DNA of 64,000 bases, from assembly GCA_001303955.1 (NCBI GenBank), contig LJUP01000001.1, forward strand, positions 20,328-84,327, written 5' to 3'. Shown piece by piece: positions 8,062-18,732 of this stretch (within the stretch, counting starts at the first letter, position 1; each line of letters starts with the position of its first letter). The DNA comes from Bacteroides sp. SM23_62. GTDB lineage: Bacteria; Bacteroidota; Bacteroidia; Bacteroidales; SM23-62. The position numbers were made by a program, and so were the translations under genes. The notes under the pieces were generated by a model, which was given only the letters and a program-made list of their open reading frames with translations, was not told the DNA's origin and did no database searches.

Positions 8062-9378
8062 ATGAAAAAGCACGTCAACATACCGTTCGCCCCTTCCCGC
8101 ATTCCCATATTTTATGGCTGGATCATCTTGGCCGCCGGCACCATTGGCATGCTTATGAGCATTCCCGGACAAACCATGGGAGTATCTGTATTCACAGAAA
8201 ACCTGCTGAATGACCTTGAAATCAACAGGAATAATTTAAGCCTGGCCTATTTGATCGGAACTGTTGGATCCGGATTGCTGATCACACGTGCAGGTAAATT
8301 ATATGACAGGTTCGGAGCAAGATTAATGGCCTTCATTGCGGCAGGTATGCTCGGACTGATGTTACTTTTTCTTACCAGGGTTGATGCCCTGGTCGATTTA
8401 TTGCATGATCATGCTGCTATGGTCAATACGGCGCTTACCACTTTTTTAATAATGTCATTCGGGTTCTGGGGAATTCGTTTCTTCGGGCAGGGATTACTTA
8501 CCATGGTGTCACGGAATATGGTCATGAAATGGTTTGATAAAAAACGTGGACTGGCCAATGGAATAATGGGGATTTTTGCTGCTTTCGGGTTTTCTCTGGC
8601 ACCCAAAATTCTGAATCAATTCATTGAGGATTTCGAATGGAGAGGGGCCTGGCTTCTACTGGCAGTTGTGATCGGAATCGGATTTGTGACTTTTGTGCTG
8701 GTTGTATACCGGGATAATCCCTGGGATGCCGGATTGGTTGCCGATGGTCAGCGCATCGCCAATAAAAAAAGCAAAAGGCCCCCCAGTCTTCCCCCGCGGG
8801 ATTATTCCCTGGCAGAAGCCAGAAAAACGAGGGCGTTCTGGTTATTTACCCTGGCCCAGATGATCAGTGCATTATACATATCCGGCCTGACCTTTCACGT
8901 GGTTTCGGTCTTTGATTCTGTGGGAATGGATAAGGCGTCTGCTATCAGTATCTTCGTGCCAGCTTCTATCATCGCTATTATTGTACAATTTATAGCCAGC
9001 TGGATCAGTGATTACATCCGTCTGAAATACCTTTTGATAATATTCCTGCTGGGCATGATCAGCACAACAAGCGCCCTGATGTTCCTGGGTAACAGCATGC
9101 TGTCATACTGGATGTTGATCAGTGGTAATGGGATTACATGGGGACTTTATATCGTACTTGCAGCAGTGACCTGGCCCCGGTTTTTTGGTTTGAGGAACCT
9201 GGGGGCTATCTCAGGTTTTTCATTGAGCTGGCTTGTTATCGGAAGTGCATTTGGACCTTATCTATTCAGCCTTGCATTCGACCTTACGGGGACATATGAA
9301 ATGGTAGCCCAGGCATGCCTGGTGGTTTCGATTATATTATTTTTCTCATCGTTTCGTGCCAATAATCCCAGTGAATAA
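8062..9378 (+). CDS. MFS transporter
   Basis: 438 aa with about 12 TM helices in a 6+6 layout and a basic central loop. Confidence 0.85.
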   Translation: MKKHVNIPFAPSRIPIFYGWIILAAGTIGMLMSIPGQTMGVSVFTENLLNDLEINRNNLSLAYLIGTVGSGLLITRAGKLYDRFGARLMAFIAAGMLGLMLLFLTRVDALVDLLHDHAAMVNTALTTFLIMSFGFWGIRFFGQGLLTMVSRNMVMKWFDKKRGLANGIMGIFAAFGFSLAPKILNQFIEDFEWRGAWLLLAVVIGIGFVTFVLVVYRDNPWDAGLVADGQRIANKKSKRPPSLPPRDYSLAEARKTRAFWLFTLAQMISALYISGLTFHVVSVFDSVGMDKASAISIFVPASIIAIIVQFIASWISDYIRLKYLLIIFLLGMISTTSALMFLGNSMLSYWMLISGNGITWGLYIVLAAVTWPRFFGLRNLGAISGFSLSWLVIGSAFGPYLFSLAFDLTGTYEMVAQACLVVSIILFFSSFRANNPSE

Positions 9379-9758
9379 TGAAGAACATACGTAAAACCAT
9401 TCATATCAAGTCCCCCATGGAAGAAGTTTTCAATGCCATTACCAATCCGCTGACCATAGAATTATGGTCCGGCTACCCTGCAGTAATGGAACCTGTGCCC
9501 GGCACCCTGTTTTCCATGTTTGACGGGGATATCACCGGCACCCTGCTGGCCATAGAACCGCCTTCAATGCTAGAGCAGCAATGGGATTTCGGGGAACAAA
9601 CCGTCCCCTCCATAGTCCGGATCAAGCTTAGTGAGGAAGGCCATAAAACCCGGATAGAACTGGATCACAGCAACGTGCCGGATGAAGCATTTGATAATAT
9701 CAATACCGGCTGGAAGGAATACTTTTTCGGTGCACTAAAATCCTACCTCGAGGGCTAG
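9378..9758 (+). CDS. SRPBCC-superfamily protein (Aha1/START-like)
   Basis: 126 aa. The pattern IKSPMEEVFNAITNP...WSG...EQQWDF...HSNVP matches AHSA1-type SRPBCC proteins. It overlaps the MFS stop in a TAATG junction. Confidence 0.75.
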   Translation: MKNIRKTIHIKSPMEEVFNAITNPLTIELWSGYPAVMEPVPGTLFSMFDGDITGTLLAIEPPSMLEQQWDFGEQTVPSIVRIKLSEEGHKTRIELDHSNVPDEAFDNINTGWKEYFFGALKSYLEG

Positions 9759-9895
9759 GTCCAAAAGCAGCACAATGCCAGGTATATGATTGTGGCTGGA
9801 TGGGACAGGTTGACCGGATTTAATCTCAGGATATGCAACCCCTACTATTTTCTACTGTCTTTCGATATAAAAGCTAAAAACCAAACCATAGCCTT

Positions 9896-10462
9896 ATGAG
9901 AAAAATAATAGTTATCCTCACACTTGTCCTTTCCTTTACCGGCTTGAACGCCCAGGAGAGCGAGATCCAGACTTTGTTTGGCAGCGGCACCCGGATCAGC
10001 GGATTTGGCGGCCCCACTATGAGCTTCACAAGCATCAACGGAGAATTTGCCCATATGATGGGCGGCGGCGGCGGAGTTCTGCTCGGGGATTTCTTCATTG
10101 GTGGCTACGGTGAAGGATTAACCAATTCAATCACGGCAGGAGGAAACAGGATCAAATTAGGTCATGGCGGATTCTGGACAGGTTATTCCTTCATGGCCTC
10201 CAGGGCCTTGCATCCCGCAGTTTCCACTCAAATGGGGTGGGGTAGCATTACCCAGACAGATGATAATCATTATCACCTTTCGTCAGATAATGTCTTCGTT
10301 ATCAACCCTGCCATTGAACTGGAGATGAATTTTACGAGATTCTTCCGAATTGGTGCAGGTGCTCATTACCGGTTTGTGAGCGGGGTAAATACCAGTACTC
10401 TTACCAACGCAGACTTTTCGGGCCCCGGGGCATTCCTGAGCTTTAAATTCGGCTGGTATTAA
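9896..10462 (+). CDS. Secreted Gly-rich protein, probably a small outer-membrane beta-barrel
   Basis: Signal peptide MRKIIVILTLVLSFTGLNAQ, alternating beta-strand pattern, and a C-terminal aromatic residue (FKFGWY). Confidence 0.6.
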   Translation: MRKIIVILTLVLSFTGLNAQESEIQTLFGSGTRISGFGGPTMSFTSINGEFAHMMGGGGGVLLGDFFIGGYGEGLTNSITAGGNRIKLGHGGFWTGYSFMASRALHPAVSTQMGWGSITQTDDNHYHLSSDNVFVINPAIELEMNFTRFFRIGAGAHYRFVSGVNTSTLTNADFSGPGAFLSFKFGWY

Positions 10463-10497
10463 GATTTCCTGATCTCTCTTTCATATATTGTGATTAC

Positions 10498-10532
10498 GGC
10501 CGCAGGGACTATCTCCCCCCTGCGGCCTTTTT
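10498..10532 (+). terminator. Rho-independent terminator
   Basis: Perfect 10-bp GC-rich stem (GGCCGCAGGG / CCCTGCGGCC) with a 10-nt loop, followed by TTTTT. Confidence 0.8.
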
Positions 10533-10624
10533 CCCCTTAACGTCTCTTTAACAACAACCGATAGAACTCTTTAGTAGTTTCACGGTTAATTTTTAACAAT
10601 AAACCAGTTTGGTGTTGATTGATA

Positions 10625-11206
10625 ATGAAAGCTTTATGGATACTTATACTAAGCCTCCTGACAGTTGTCATAGCCGGCCAGCATCCGACATCCACCCTGC
10701 AGGTAGGTGATTTTGCACCAGATTTCCACGGGTTAGATCAAACAGGCGATCTGGTAAATCTCAGGGAATCACTTAAAAACGGCCCGGTTGTCCTGATATT
10801 TTTCCGCGGCTCCTGGTGCCCCTATTGTAACAAGCATCTTTCAAAATTCCAGGATTCACTTGATTATGTCCTTGACAAGGGTGCCTCTGTAATTGCAGTC
10901 TCACCGCAAATCCCAGAATATAATCAAAAAACCATTAATAGAACCGGTGCTACATTTTCTGTCATACACGATAAAGGATACCGGATCATGGATGCCTATC
11001 ATGTTTCATTTGCCATAGATGAGGAAACCTTAAAGCAGTACCATAGATCTGGAAAACATGTCGAGCGGGCCAATGCAAATGAGGATTATATTTTGCCTGT
11101 CCCAGCCACTTTTATTATCGGTGAAGACAGGATGATCCGTTATATCCAATATGACCCTGACTATAAAAACAGGTCCACCGTAGTGGAGGTTCTAAGAAAT
11201 CTCTGA
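10625..11206 (+). CDS. AhpC/TSA-family peroxiredoxin-like (thioredoxin-fold) protein, secreted
   Basis: GDFAPDF...PVVLIFFRGSWCPYCNKHL is a typical redoxin motif. A signal peptide is present. ATG at 10625. Confidence 0.85.
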   Translation: MKALWILILSLLTVVIAGQHPTSTLQVGDFAPDFHGLDQTGDLVNLRESLKNGPVVLIFFRGSWCPYCNKHLSKFQDSLDYVLDKGASVIAVSPQIPEYNQKTINRTGATFSVIHDKGYRIMDAYHVSFAIDEETLKQYHRSGKHVERANANEDYILPVPATFIIGEDRMIRYIQYDPDYKNRSTVVEVLRNL

Positions 11207-11266
11207 TGCCTGTCTTTGCTATTCTTTTTTTATATTTATGATCTGTCTCATATCTCATCCCGTCTG

Positions 11267-11509
11267 ATGGAAAAGGTGTATGATTACATCGTTGTAGGAT
11301 CTGGTTTCGGAGGTAGTGTTGACTCCCTCCGCTTTTCTGAAAAAGGTAAGAGATTTAACCCGGATGATGTTCCGAAAACTAACTGGAACCTCCGAAATTA
11401 TCTCTGCTTTGCAGAAAAATATGGAACAGATATCCTTGCAGGAGGATTCCCGGAAAAAATGGATAATCGCAACAAGCAGATGGTTCAAGAATTACATATG
11501 AGCAGATGA
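11267..11509 (+). pseudogene. Relic of a GMC/FAD-dependent oxidoreductase: N-terminal ~80 codons with an internal deletion
   Basis: [18 protein letters not shown] is the FAD-binding GxGxxG head. [27 protein letters not shown] follows the GMC pattern but lacks the beta-strand between EKG and KR. The ORF ends at 81 aa, whereas the family is more than 500 aa. Confidence 0.6.
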
Positions 11510-13113
11510 TTCATTATTATCGCAGGAACATATTAAGGTTGATGCTGCTGCAGCTGGCTGCAATGACGTTAATCGGATGTGTAAGCGGACCGGAAAACCA
11601 ACCGGATCCTCTGCCTGACATTGCCCGGCCGATTCCTTATCTTCCGGAGCTTTCTGTTGATGGGATGACGGGGGACTGGAACCCTTCCTATGAGCCGCTG
11701 AGAATCCTTTCCGATATTTGCGGAAACATCCCTGATACAAATGATTTTAAGGCTTCATTCAGGATGGCCTGGAACGAAAAAGGAATATTTCTCCTGGCAG
11801 AAATCACGGATGACAGTTTGTTCGAGGATCCGGATAATTTCTGGAATGGAGATGGTCTCGAATTATTCCTGAGTCAGGGCAGAGGTTCTCTGGATATTCT
11901 GCAGGTTTCTGCCAGGCCGGGATTTGACCTGCCCGATTCTGTGGCAGCATTCAATGCCTATGATCATCTAAGATCACGATCATTAAACCCAGCCGAAACT
12001 TCCATTGTCTTTGACAGCAGGGAAACCAGTGAGGGATTCCTGCTGGAAGGATTGGTTCCTTTTGAGATGCTCAGTATTGAGCCTCATCAGGAGATGAGAA
12101 TGGCCATTCAACTCTACCTGAATGATGCCGACCGGAAGGATGACCCCGATAATTTCAGCCTGCCCTGGTATCCCGTCAGGGAATCCTACCGTAATCCTTA
12201 TGCATTTCACAGTGTTACACTTACTGCTGACCGGTATCCTGGAATGTCACCTGAGCTCAGGGCCTGCATTGTCGATGGAAAAACAGTCCGGCTCAAGGTG
12301 ATCAGCGACCGGACTTATGACGGTAAGATATTCCACATTATATCCGGATCCTTCAGACACCGATTAAAAAATGCGTTCATAAAGGAATGGACCCTGTCCT
12401 GGGACAAAGTACATGCAAGCGGGGAACCTTTCGTTGGACTGTTGCTCGAAGAGCAACCCTTGCAGGTATTGGATCTTGAGATGGCACAATGTATTTATGA
12501 AAAAACTGATCCGCCTGAATGGTATGAAAACGAGATCAGGATTTTTGAAATAATGGACAGGTATGATCCACCCCCGGACAGTGCCACCCTCTTTACAGGA
12601 AGCTCCACGATCCGTCGCTGGTACAGCCTTTATGAAGATATGTATCCAATGGATGTGATCAACAGGGGATTTGGGGGATCGGTAATGAAGGAATTAAACC
12701 TGAACCTTGACAGGATTGTATTTCCATACAAACCCTCCAGGATATTTGTCTATGAAGGAGATAATGATATTGCCAGGGGAACAGAACCCCTGGTCTTCCT
12801 GGAAGATTGCAAAGCATTCATAAGCCAATGCCAGCAACGATTACCAGATACTGAAATCATTTTCCTTTCCATCAAACCCAGTCCTTCAAGAATGAGGTAC
12901 TGGCAACAGATGGAAAGGGCCAATCAGATGCTTGAAGACCTATGCGGGACATATGATAATGTTGTGTTCCTTGATATTTCATCACCGATGTTTATCAAAC
13001 CAGGCATCCTGAAAAATGATATCTACACCGATGACAGGTTACATCTGAATGAAAAGGGTTATTCCCTGCTAAAGCATGTAATCGAGGAGAATGTTATTAA
13101 ATCCCTGAATTAG
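11506..13113 (+). CDS. Lipoprotein with an N-terminal CBM9-like domain and a C-terminal SGNH/GDSL hydrolase domain
   Basis: Lipobox LIGC. The N-terminus reads [20 protein letters not shown] (CBM9-like). The C-terminus has SGNH blocks (FTGSSTI, GFGGS, YEGDNDI). Confidence 0.8.
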   Translation: MIHYYRRNILRLMLLQLAAMTLIGCVSGPENQPDPLPDIARPIPYLPELSVDGMTGDWNPSYEPLRILSDICGNIPDTNDFKASFRMAWNEKGIFLLAEITDDSLFEDPDNFWNGDGLELFLSQGRGSLDILQVSARPGFDLPDSVAAFNAYDHLRSRSLNPAETSIVFDSRETSEGFLLEGLVPFEMLSIEPHQEMRMAIQLYLNDADRKDDPDNFSLPWYPVRESYRNPYAFHSVTLTADRYPGMSPELRACIVDGKTVRLKVISDRTYDGKIFHIISGSFRHRLKNAFIKEWTLSWDKVHASGEPFVGLLLEEQPLQVLDLEMAQCIYEKTDPPEWYENEIRIFEIMDRYDPPPDSATLFTGSSTIRRWYSLYEDMYPMDVINRGFGGSVMKELNLNLDRIVFPYKPSRIFVYEGDNDIARGTEPLVFLEDCKAFISQCQQRLPDTEIIFLSIKPSPSRMRYWQQMERANQMLEDLCGTYDNVVFLDISSPMFIKPGILKNDIYTDDRLHLNEKGYSLLKHVIEENVIKSLN

Positions 13114-13121
13114 ACCAAAAT

Positions 13122-14498
13122 ATGGATCGCATTGAAATTCAAACTATTATAGAGAAACAGAAACAATTCTTCGAATCCGGCGTTACCCTTGATGTCAATT
13201 TCCGGCTGGATACTCTTAAGAGATTGAAAGCAGTGATGATCAAACATGAAGCAGATGTCTACGAGGCACTTAAGGCTGACTTTAACAAACCTGTATTTGA
13301 AACCTATGCGAGTGAGAACGGGCTGGTCTTACAGGATCTTGGGATCATGATCAGGAACCTGAAAAAATGGGCTCGCCCAAAGCGTGTATACACTCCCATG
13401 TTACACTGGCCCGCTAAAAGCTATTTTTTACATGAACCCTACGGCAGAGTGTTGATCATCTCACCCTGGAATTATCCGCTTCAGCTGCTTTTCATGCCGC
13501 TGGTCGGTGCCGTGGCTGCCGGTAACTGTGTCCTTGGCAAGCCATCACGGCATGCAAAGCATACCTATGAATTGATGTCCCGTTTGATCTCTGAATATTT
13601 TGATTCTGATCATATCACCATCATTGAAGGGGGTCGGGAGACTAACCAGCTCCTGCTGGAGGAACAGTTTGACTATATTTTTTTTACCGGCAGTACAGAG
13701 GTTGCTAAAAAGGTCATGCAATCCGCCGCCATGCACCTAACACCTGTATCCTTTGAGTTGGGGGGGAAATCACCCGTTATCGTAGAACCTGAAACAAATC
13801 CCCGGCTCGCTGCCAAAAGAATCCTCTGGGGCAAACTTTTGAACAGCGGACAATCATGTGTGGCCCCCGATTATGTGTTTATCCATGAAAATATCAAAGA
13901 AGCATTCCTTGCAGGTATGAGGGATTACCTTCAGTCTGTTTATCATGGTGACATCAAGGGAAGCCCTGATTTTGCAAGGATCATCAACCAGGCCAATATG
14001 GAAAGGCTGACAGGTTACCTGCAGGGACAAAAAATACTGCTGGGTGGAAATACGGATTTTGAAGACAGGTATATTGAACCAACCATCGTGGAGGTAGAGG
14101 ATATGAACAATATTTTGATGAAGGAAGAAATATTTGGCCCGATCCTGCCATTGATCCCATACCGGTCCCTTGATGATGTCATCAAATATATAAAAAGTAA
14201 ACCACGGCCACTTTGTCTATATATTTTCGGGAAGTCGAGGAAAATACAGCGAATGATCGTGGAGCGAACCATGTCAGGCTCCGGGGGCATCAATGAAACA
14301 GTGGTGCATTTTATCAACCCAAACCTGCCTTTCGGCGGCGTAGGCCTGAGCGGTATCGGGAGATACCATGGGAAATACAGTTTCGAAACCTTTTCCTATA
14401 AAAGGTCATTTATTGACAAGGCAAACTGGATTGATTTTCCTTTGAGATACCCCCCTTATAAGGGAAAGCAATGGCTAGTTAAAACCTTGATTAAATGA
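13122..14498 (+). CDS. NAD(P)-dependent aldehyde dehydrogenase (class-3-like)
   Basis: FELGGKSP and GQSCVAPDY (catalytic Cys) motifs. 458 aa. Confidence 0.9.
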   Translation: MDRIEIQTIIEKQKQFFESGVTLDVNFRLDTLKRLKAVMIKHEADVYEALKADFNKPVFETYASENGLVLQDLGIMIRNLKKWARPKRVYTPMLHWPAKSYFLHEPYGRVLIISPWNYPLQLLFMPLVGAVAAGNCVLGKPSRHAKHTYELMSRLISEYFDSDHITIIEGGRETNQLLLEEQFDYIFFTGSTEVAKKVMQSAAMHLTPVSFELGGKSPVIVEPETNPRLAAKRILWGKLLNSGQSCVAPDYVFIHENIKEAFLAGMRDYLQSVYHGDIKGSPDFARIINQANMERLTGYLQGQKILLGGNTDFEDRYIEPTIVEVEDMNNILMKEEIFGPILPLIPYRSLDDVIKYIKSKPRPLCLYIFGKSRKIQRMIVERTMSGSGGINETVVHFINPNLPFGGVGLSGIGRYHGKYSFETFSYKRSFIDKANWIDFPLRYPPYKGKQWLVKTLIK

Positions 14499-15266
14499 TC
14501 ATATATCCAGATCCACCCAAACCGGACAGTGGTCGGAATGTGTTGCTTCGTTCATGATTCCCGCATCTTTGATACGGGCTGTCAGTGATTCGGTAAGCAT
14601 ATGATAATCCAGCCGCCATCCAAGGTTCTTTGACCTGGCATTCGAACGGAAACTCCACCAGCTGTATTTAACGGTTTCCGGGTGCATGTGCCTGAATGAA
14701 TCCACAAAACCACTCTCCAGGAATTTATCAATCCACGCCCTTTCTTCAGGAAGGAATCCGGAAGTGTTTTTATTACTGACCGGGTTGTGAATATCAATCT
14801 CCCTGTGTGCTATATTGAAATCGCCGCAAACCAGCAGGTCAGGTCTTTCTTTTCTCAGACCGGTTAGAAAACTGAGAAAGTCATCAAGGAACTTCATCTT
14901 GAAATCCTGCCGGACATCCCCGGTAGTACCGGATGGGATGTAGACATTGAGAACGGAAATATCACCAAAATCGAGCCGGATCAACCTCCCCTCCGAATCA
15001 TAACCTGAAGTATTCATGCCAATTACGACCTTGTCCGGTTCCTGGTCAGTCAGTATCAGAACGCCGGAATAGCCCTTTTTTTCAGCTGAATGCCAGTAAT
15101 CATCGTACCCCAGTTTTTTTAAGGGGGTCAGGTCTACCTGATCGGGCTGGGCCTTGGTTTCCTGTATGCACAGCATTGCTGGTTTCATTTTCTTTATCCA
15201 ATCCAGCAGGCCCTTGTTCAAGGCAGCACGGATACCGTTTACGTTGTAGGAGATGATCTTTTGCAT
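14499..15266 (-). CDS. xth: Exodeoxyribonuclease III
   Basis: MQKIISYNVNGIRAA...LCIQETK...SDHCPV are Xth/EEP family motifs. 255 aa. Confidence 0.93.
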   Translation of the reverse strand: MQKIISYNVNGIRAALNKGLLDWIKKMKPAMLCIQETKAQPDQVDLTPLKKLGYDDYWHSAEKKGYSGVLILTDQEPDKVVIGMNTSGYDSEGRLIRLDFGDISVLNVYIPSGTTGDVRQDFKMKFLDDFLSFLTGLRKERPDLLVCGDFNIAHREIDIHNPVSNKNTSGFLPEERAWIDKFLESGFVDSFRHMHPETVKYSWWSFRSNARSKNLGWRLDYHMLTESLTARIKDAGIMNEATHSDHCPVWVDLDI

Positions 15267-15289
15267 GGTTGTAAATATAACTACTTTTG
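15261..15289 (+). promoter_or_regulatory. Putative sigma-A promoter for rsgA (TTG ... TACTTTTG)
   Basis: TAnnTTTG at 15282-15289 with a TTG 18 nt upstream. The ATG lies 14 nt downstream. Confidence 0.35.
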
Positions 15290-15302
15290 TATACTTTGTA
15301 TA

Positions 15303-16241
15303 ATGGAAGGAGAAGGAAGGGTTATAAAATCTACGGGTAGTTCATACCTGGTCAGTTCGCCCGAAGCCGGATTGACCGAATGTATCATCAGCGGCAAATA
15401 CCGACTGGAAGAACTCAGAAGTACAAACCCGGTTGTCGTGGGTGACTGGGTGAGTTTTTCCATGCGGGAAGGTGAAAAAATAGGCCGGATCAATGATGTC
15501 CTACCAAGGAAGAACTATATCATCCGGAAATCTACCAAACTATCAAAATCTCACCAGATCATTGCCTCCAATATCGACCAGTTAATCCTGATGATCACGG
15601 TGATCAACCCAGTTACACACACCGAATTCATTGACCGCTACCTGGTCACATCCGAGGCATACAATATACCAGCAATCCTGTTGATTAATAAAACCGATTT
15701 GTATGGCGAGGCTGAAAAAAATACGCTGGGTGAGTGGAAAAATATATATGAGGAAATTGGATATGGCTGCATTGAGTGTTCGCTGGAGACGATGGTAAAT
15801 CTTGACAGGATCAAATCAATCCTGAAAGAAAAAGTAACCTTGCTGGCGGGCAATTCTGGTGTGGGAAAATCCACATTGATCAATATCATTGAACCATCAC
15901 TGAATTTGAAAACCCGGGAGATCTCCCAGAGCCATAAGTCAGGAAAACATACCACTACTTTTGCCGAAATGTTTGAACTGGGGATCGGGGGTTTCATCAT
16001 TGACACCCCTGGAATCAGAGGATTCGGAATAACAGATATGGAAGGTGAACCCCTTTATCATTATTTCCCCGAATTGTTCAGGTTCTCTGCTGGATGTAGA
16101 TACCATAACTGCATTCATGTGAACGAACCCGAATGTGCCGTCATGCAGGCTGTTGAGTCCGGGAACATCAGTTTGTCCCGCTATAAAAGCTACCTTAACC
16201 TGCTGGAGGAACAGCAGGACGGTTCAAAATACAGGTTATAA
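15303..16241 (+). CDS. rsgA: Ribosome small-subunit-dependent GTPase A
   Basis: Circularly permuted GTPase (NKTDL before GNSGVGKST) and a C-terminal Zn knuckle (CRYHNCIHVNEPECAV). Confidence 0.92.
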   Translation: MEGEGRVIKSTGSSYLVSSPEAGLTECIISGKYRLEELRSTNPVVVGDWVSFSMREGEKIGRINDVLPRKNYIIRKSTKLSKSHQIIASNIDQLILMITVINPVTHTEFIDRYLVTSEAYNIPAILLINKTDLYGEAEKNTLGEWKNIYEEIGYGCIECSLETMVNLDRIKSILKEKVTLLAGNSGVGKSTLINIIEPSLNLKTREISQSHKSGKHTTTFAEMFELGIGGFIIDTPGIRGFGITDMEGEPLYHYFPELFRFSAGCRYHNCIHVNEPECAVMQAVESGNISLSRYKSYLNLLEEQQDGSKYRL

Positions 16242-16284
16242 CTTATTTTGCGTAATAATGATGAATATGTTATTTTTCAGATGA

Positions 16285-18732
16285 ATGAACCGGACCTTCT
16301 TTATCATATTGATCAGCATTTTTCTCTTCATTGGAATCAATACGGTCTTTTATTTCACCATATTTAATCAACAGCTTGATTTCCAAACAGATTTGCTCGC
16401 CAGGCAAACCCGGCTCTGCGGATCAACAATTGAACAGGGAGGCATGAATTTTGAAAATGAGCTGAACGCTATTCCATTTGCTGATAACTTCATCGATCTG
16501 TTCAATAACGAGGAGATCAGAGAGCATGGAGTGGACAACCTGCAAAAGCTGTATGCGAAATACAGTGAGCTCATCAATAAGATTACGGTCCTGGACAATG
16601 AGAATAATGTGTATAGCCTTATACTGGACAGGAAAGGTGATTTTGTAACAGACTATTATGAATCTCAGGAGCAAACCCTATTGCACGAAAGGGATGAGCT
16701 TATCTACGATCAGGAAAAATATTCACTGTCCATTCCTGATTTTGACGAAAACGGGATGGTTCGTTCGAATATCGTTGTAGAGATTAATTTTACCCGTTTT
16801 GCAAATTCCATATTTGATCAATACCGTCTTGAAAACACGCTGTGGCAATGGATGGTGACGAATGAAGGAGTATTAATTGCTACCGCTGAAAACGACCTGA
16901 ACATTCCTTCCAATGACCTGAAAAGAATTGGATCTGATATCATAAAAGGGGAGGAAAGTTCAATGGTTCATTCCATCGATGTGGATGGCACCGCCACCCG
17001 GGTTGTTTCAGTGTATTACCCGATTCGCCTGGTGAAAAGGGACCTTGGCATTGTATTTTCTATTAAAACAGATCTTTTTCTTCGCAGTATATTCAGAAAG
17101 ATCGCTATCATTTCTGTGTTCAGCCTGGCCCTCATTGCTCTTTTGCTATATATTCATTTCAATGTATTCCGGATCAAATCAGAAACTGTCCGGCGTAAAC
17201 GGGTCTTTGAAGTTTCCCTGATTAAAACACTGGATTCCCTTCCGTTGGGCATTATTCTTTCAGAACCCAATGGTGCGATTCATGTGATGAATACCACCGC
17301 CAGGGAATGGATCATGAAGGATCCCAAAGATTCGCCGGAAAATAAATCCATGCATGACCTGGATCTGGAGGTACAGTCAGGTGGTACAGATGATGCCCTG
17401 TACACCCGGGCATTTGGACCGGGCAAGGTCATTAAATTCCAAAACGATAGCATCATCCGGCAACTATACAGCCGTGAATGGTCAACAGAAATCAACCAGG
17501 TTAAAACCAACATCATTTTACTGCTCGATATCTCAGAATTTGAGAAGTCAAGAAATCTTGAAAAAATTGCTCATCTTGCCAAAACTGAATTATTGGAGAG
17601 CATGAGCCATGAGATTGCCGGACCTGTCAACCAGTTGAGGGATGCTGTTGACATACTGGAAAAAGAAGGCCTCAAAGGCAAAGTCAAAGAAACTGCATTG
17701 ATCCTAAAGAAAACCACAGATCTTCTTTCCAACCAGATTACCTCGATCCTTGATTTCGCGACACAGGATGCAGAAAAAGTGATTATGGAAGAAATTCCTT
17801 TTTTCCTTAAAGATGAAATCAACCTGGCTCTACAGCCGTTTAGATCAGTGGCTGCCCAGACCAATACCAGCATTATCACCAAAATCAGGGATGATATACC
17901 GGACAGGCTGGTTGGCGATCCTTTCCGGCTCAGACAGATCCTCTATAACCTGGTTGAAAGTTCAATTGAACAAACCCGGGGAGGCAGGGTGCTGCTCAGT
18001 GCCGAAGCGATTGAACATCACGATGAATATCTTGTAATACAGTTCCAGATTGATGATACCGGTTCCGGTTTGCCCCAGAATATCATTGATAAATTTGTAA
18101 ATGGTCAGGGAAATACATTCGATCTGTCAGGGAAAGGATTCGAGGAAAACGAGCTTAGAATTGCCATCGCATATCAATATATCAAACTTTCAAGGGGACA
18201 ATTATGGATTGAAAGTCCATCTGCCATCTCTACGGATCCAGATCAGCCGGGTACTAAATATTCATTCACCATTGAGGTACTCGTGGGCGCCAGCAAGGAG
18301 GAGGACCTCCAGTCAGTGGATACTGAAAAAGCCCCGGGGGCCAGGATCATAGATCCGGCTATTTCAATTTTACTTGCAGAGGACAATATATTCAACAGAA
18401 AGCTTGCACAAAATTTATTCAAGAGCCTGGGCTTTGAAATCGATCAGGCAGAAAATGGCAAGGAAGCCGTGAAAATGGCCGCTGAGAAATCATACGATAT
18501 TATTTTTATGGATCTGCTTATGCCAGAAATGGATGGATTACAGGCAGTTGAGGAAATCAGAAAACTGGGGATTGAAGTACCTGTCGTGGCGGTGACTGCG
18601 GTGGAAAATTCCGACACCAGAAGTGCCGCTGAAGCACTGGGAATAAAGGATTACCTGCTAAAGCCTGCCACCTCAGAACAAATAAAGGGGATCCTCTTAC
18701 GCACCTTCCCTAAAAATGCCCCGGGAGATTGA
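16285..18732 (+). CDS. Hybrid sensor histidine kinase / response regulator
   Basis: Two TM helices flank a periplasmic domain. Then come a PAS-like region, an H-box (SMSHEIAGPV), a HATPase domain (DTGSGL) and a C-terminal receiver (LLAEDN...DIIFMDLLMPEMDG...KP). Confidence 0.88.
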   Translation: MNRTFFIILISIFLFIGINTVFYFTIFNQQLDFQTDLLARQTRLCGSTIEQGGMNFENELNAIPFADNFIDLFNNEEIREHGVDNLQKLYAKYSELINKITVLDNENNVYSLILDRKGDFVTDYYESQEQTLLHERDELIYDQEKYSLSIPDFDENGMVRSNIVVEINFTRFANSIFDQYRLENTLWQWMVTNEGVLIATAENDLNIPSNDLKRIGSDIIKGEESSMVHSIDVDGTATRVVSVYYPIRLVKRDLGIVFSIKTDLFLRSIFRKIAIISVFSLALIALLLYIHFNVFRIKSETVRRKRVFEVSLIKTLDSLPLGIILSEPNGAIHVMNTTAREWIMKDPKDSPENKSMHDLDLEVQSGGTDDALYTRAFGPGKVIKFQNDSIIRQLYSREWSTEINQVKTNIILLLDISEFEKSRNLEKIAHLAKTELLESMSHEIAGPVNQLRDAVDILEKEGLKGKVKETALILKKTTDLLSNQITSILDFATQDAEKVIMEEIPFFLKDEINLALQPFRSVAAQTNTSIITKIRDDIPDRLVGDPFRLRQILYNLVESSIEQTRGGRVLLSAEAIEHHDEYLVIQFQIDDTGSGLPQNIIDKFVNGQGNTFDLSGKGFEENELRIAIAYQYIKLSRGQLWIESPSAISTDPDQPGTKYSFTIEVLVGASKEEDLQSVDTEKAPGARIIDPAISILLAEDNIFNRKLAQNLFKSLGFEIDQAENGKEAVKMAAEKSYDIIFMDLLMPEMDGLQAVEEIRKLGIEVPVVAVTAVENSDTRSAAEALGIKDYLLKPATSEQIKGILLRTFPKNAPGD

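Noticed and set aside
10061-10074. A (GGC)4-like repeat, GGCGGCGGCGGCGG.
   Set aside because: It encodes the GGGGG run of a Gly-rich secreted protein. It is too short to count as a meaningful microsatellite or phase-variation tract.
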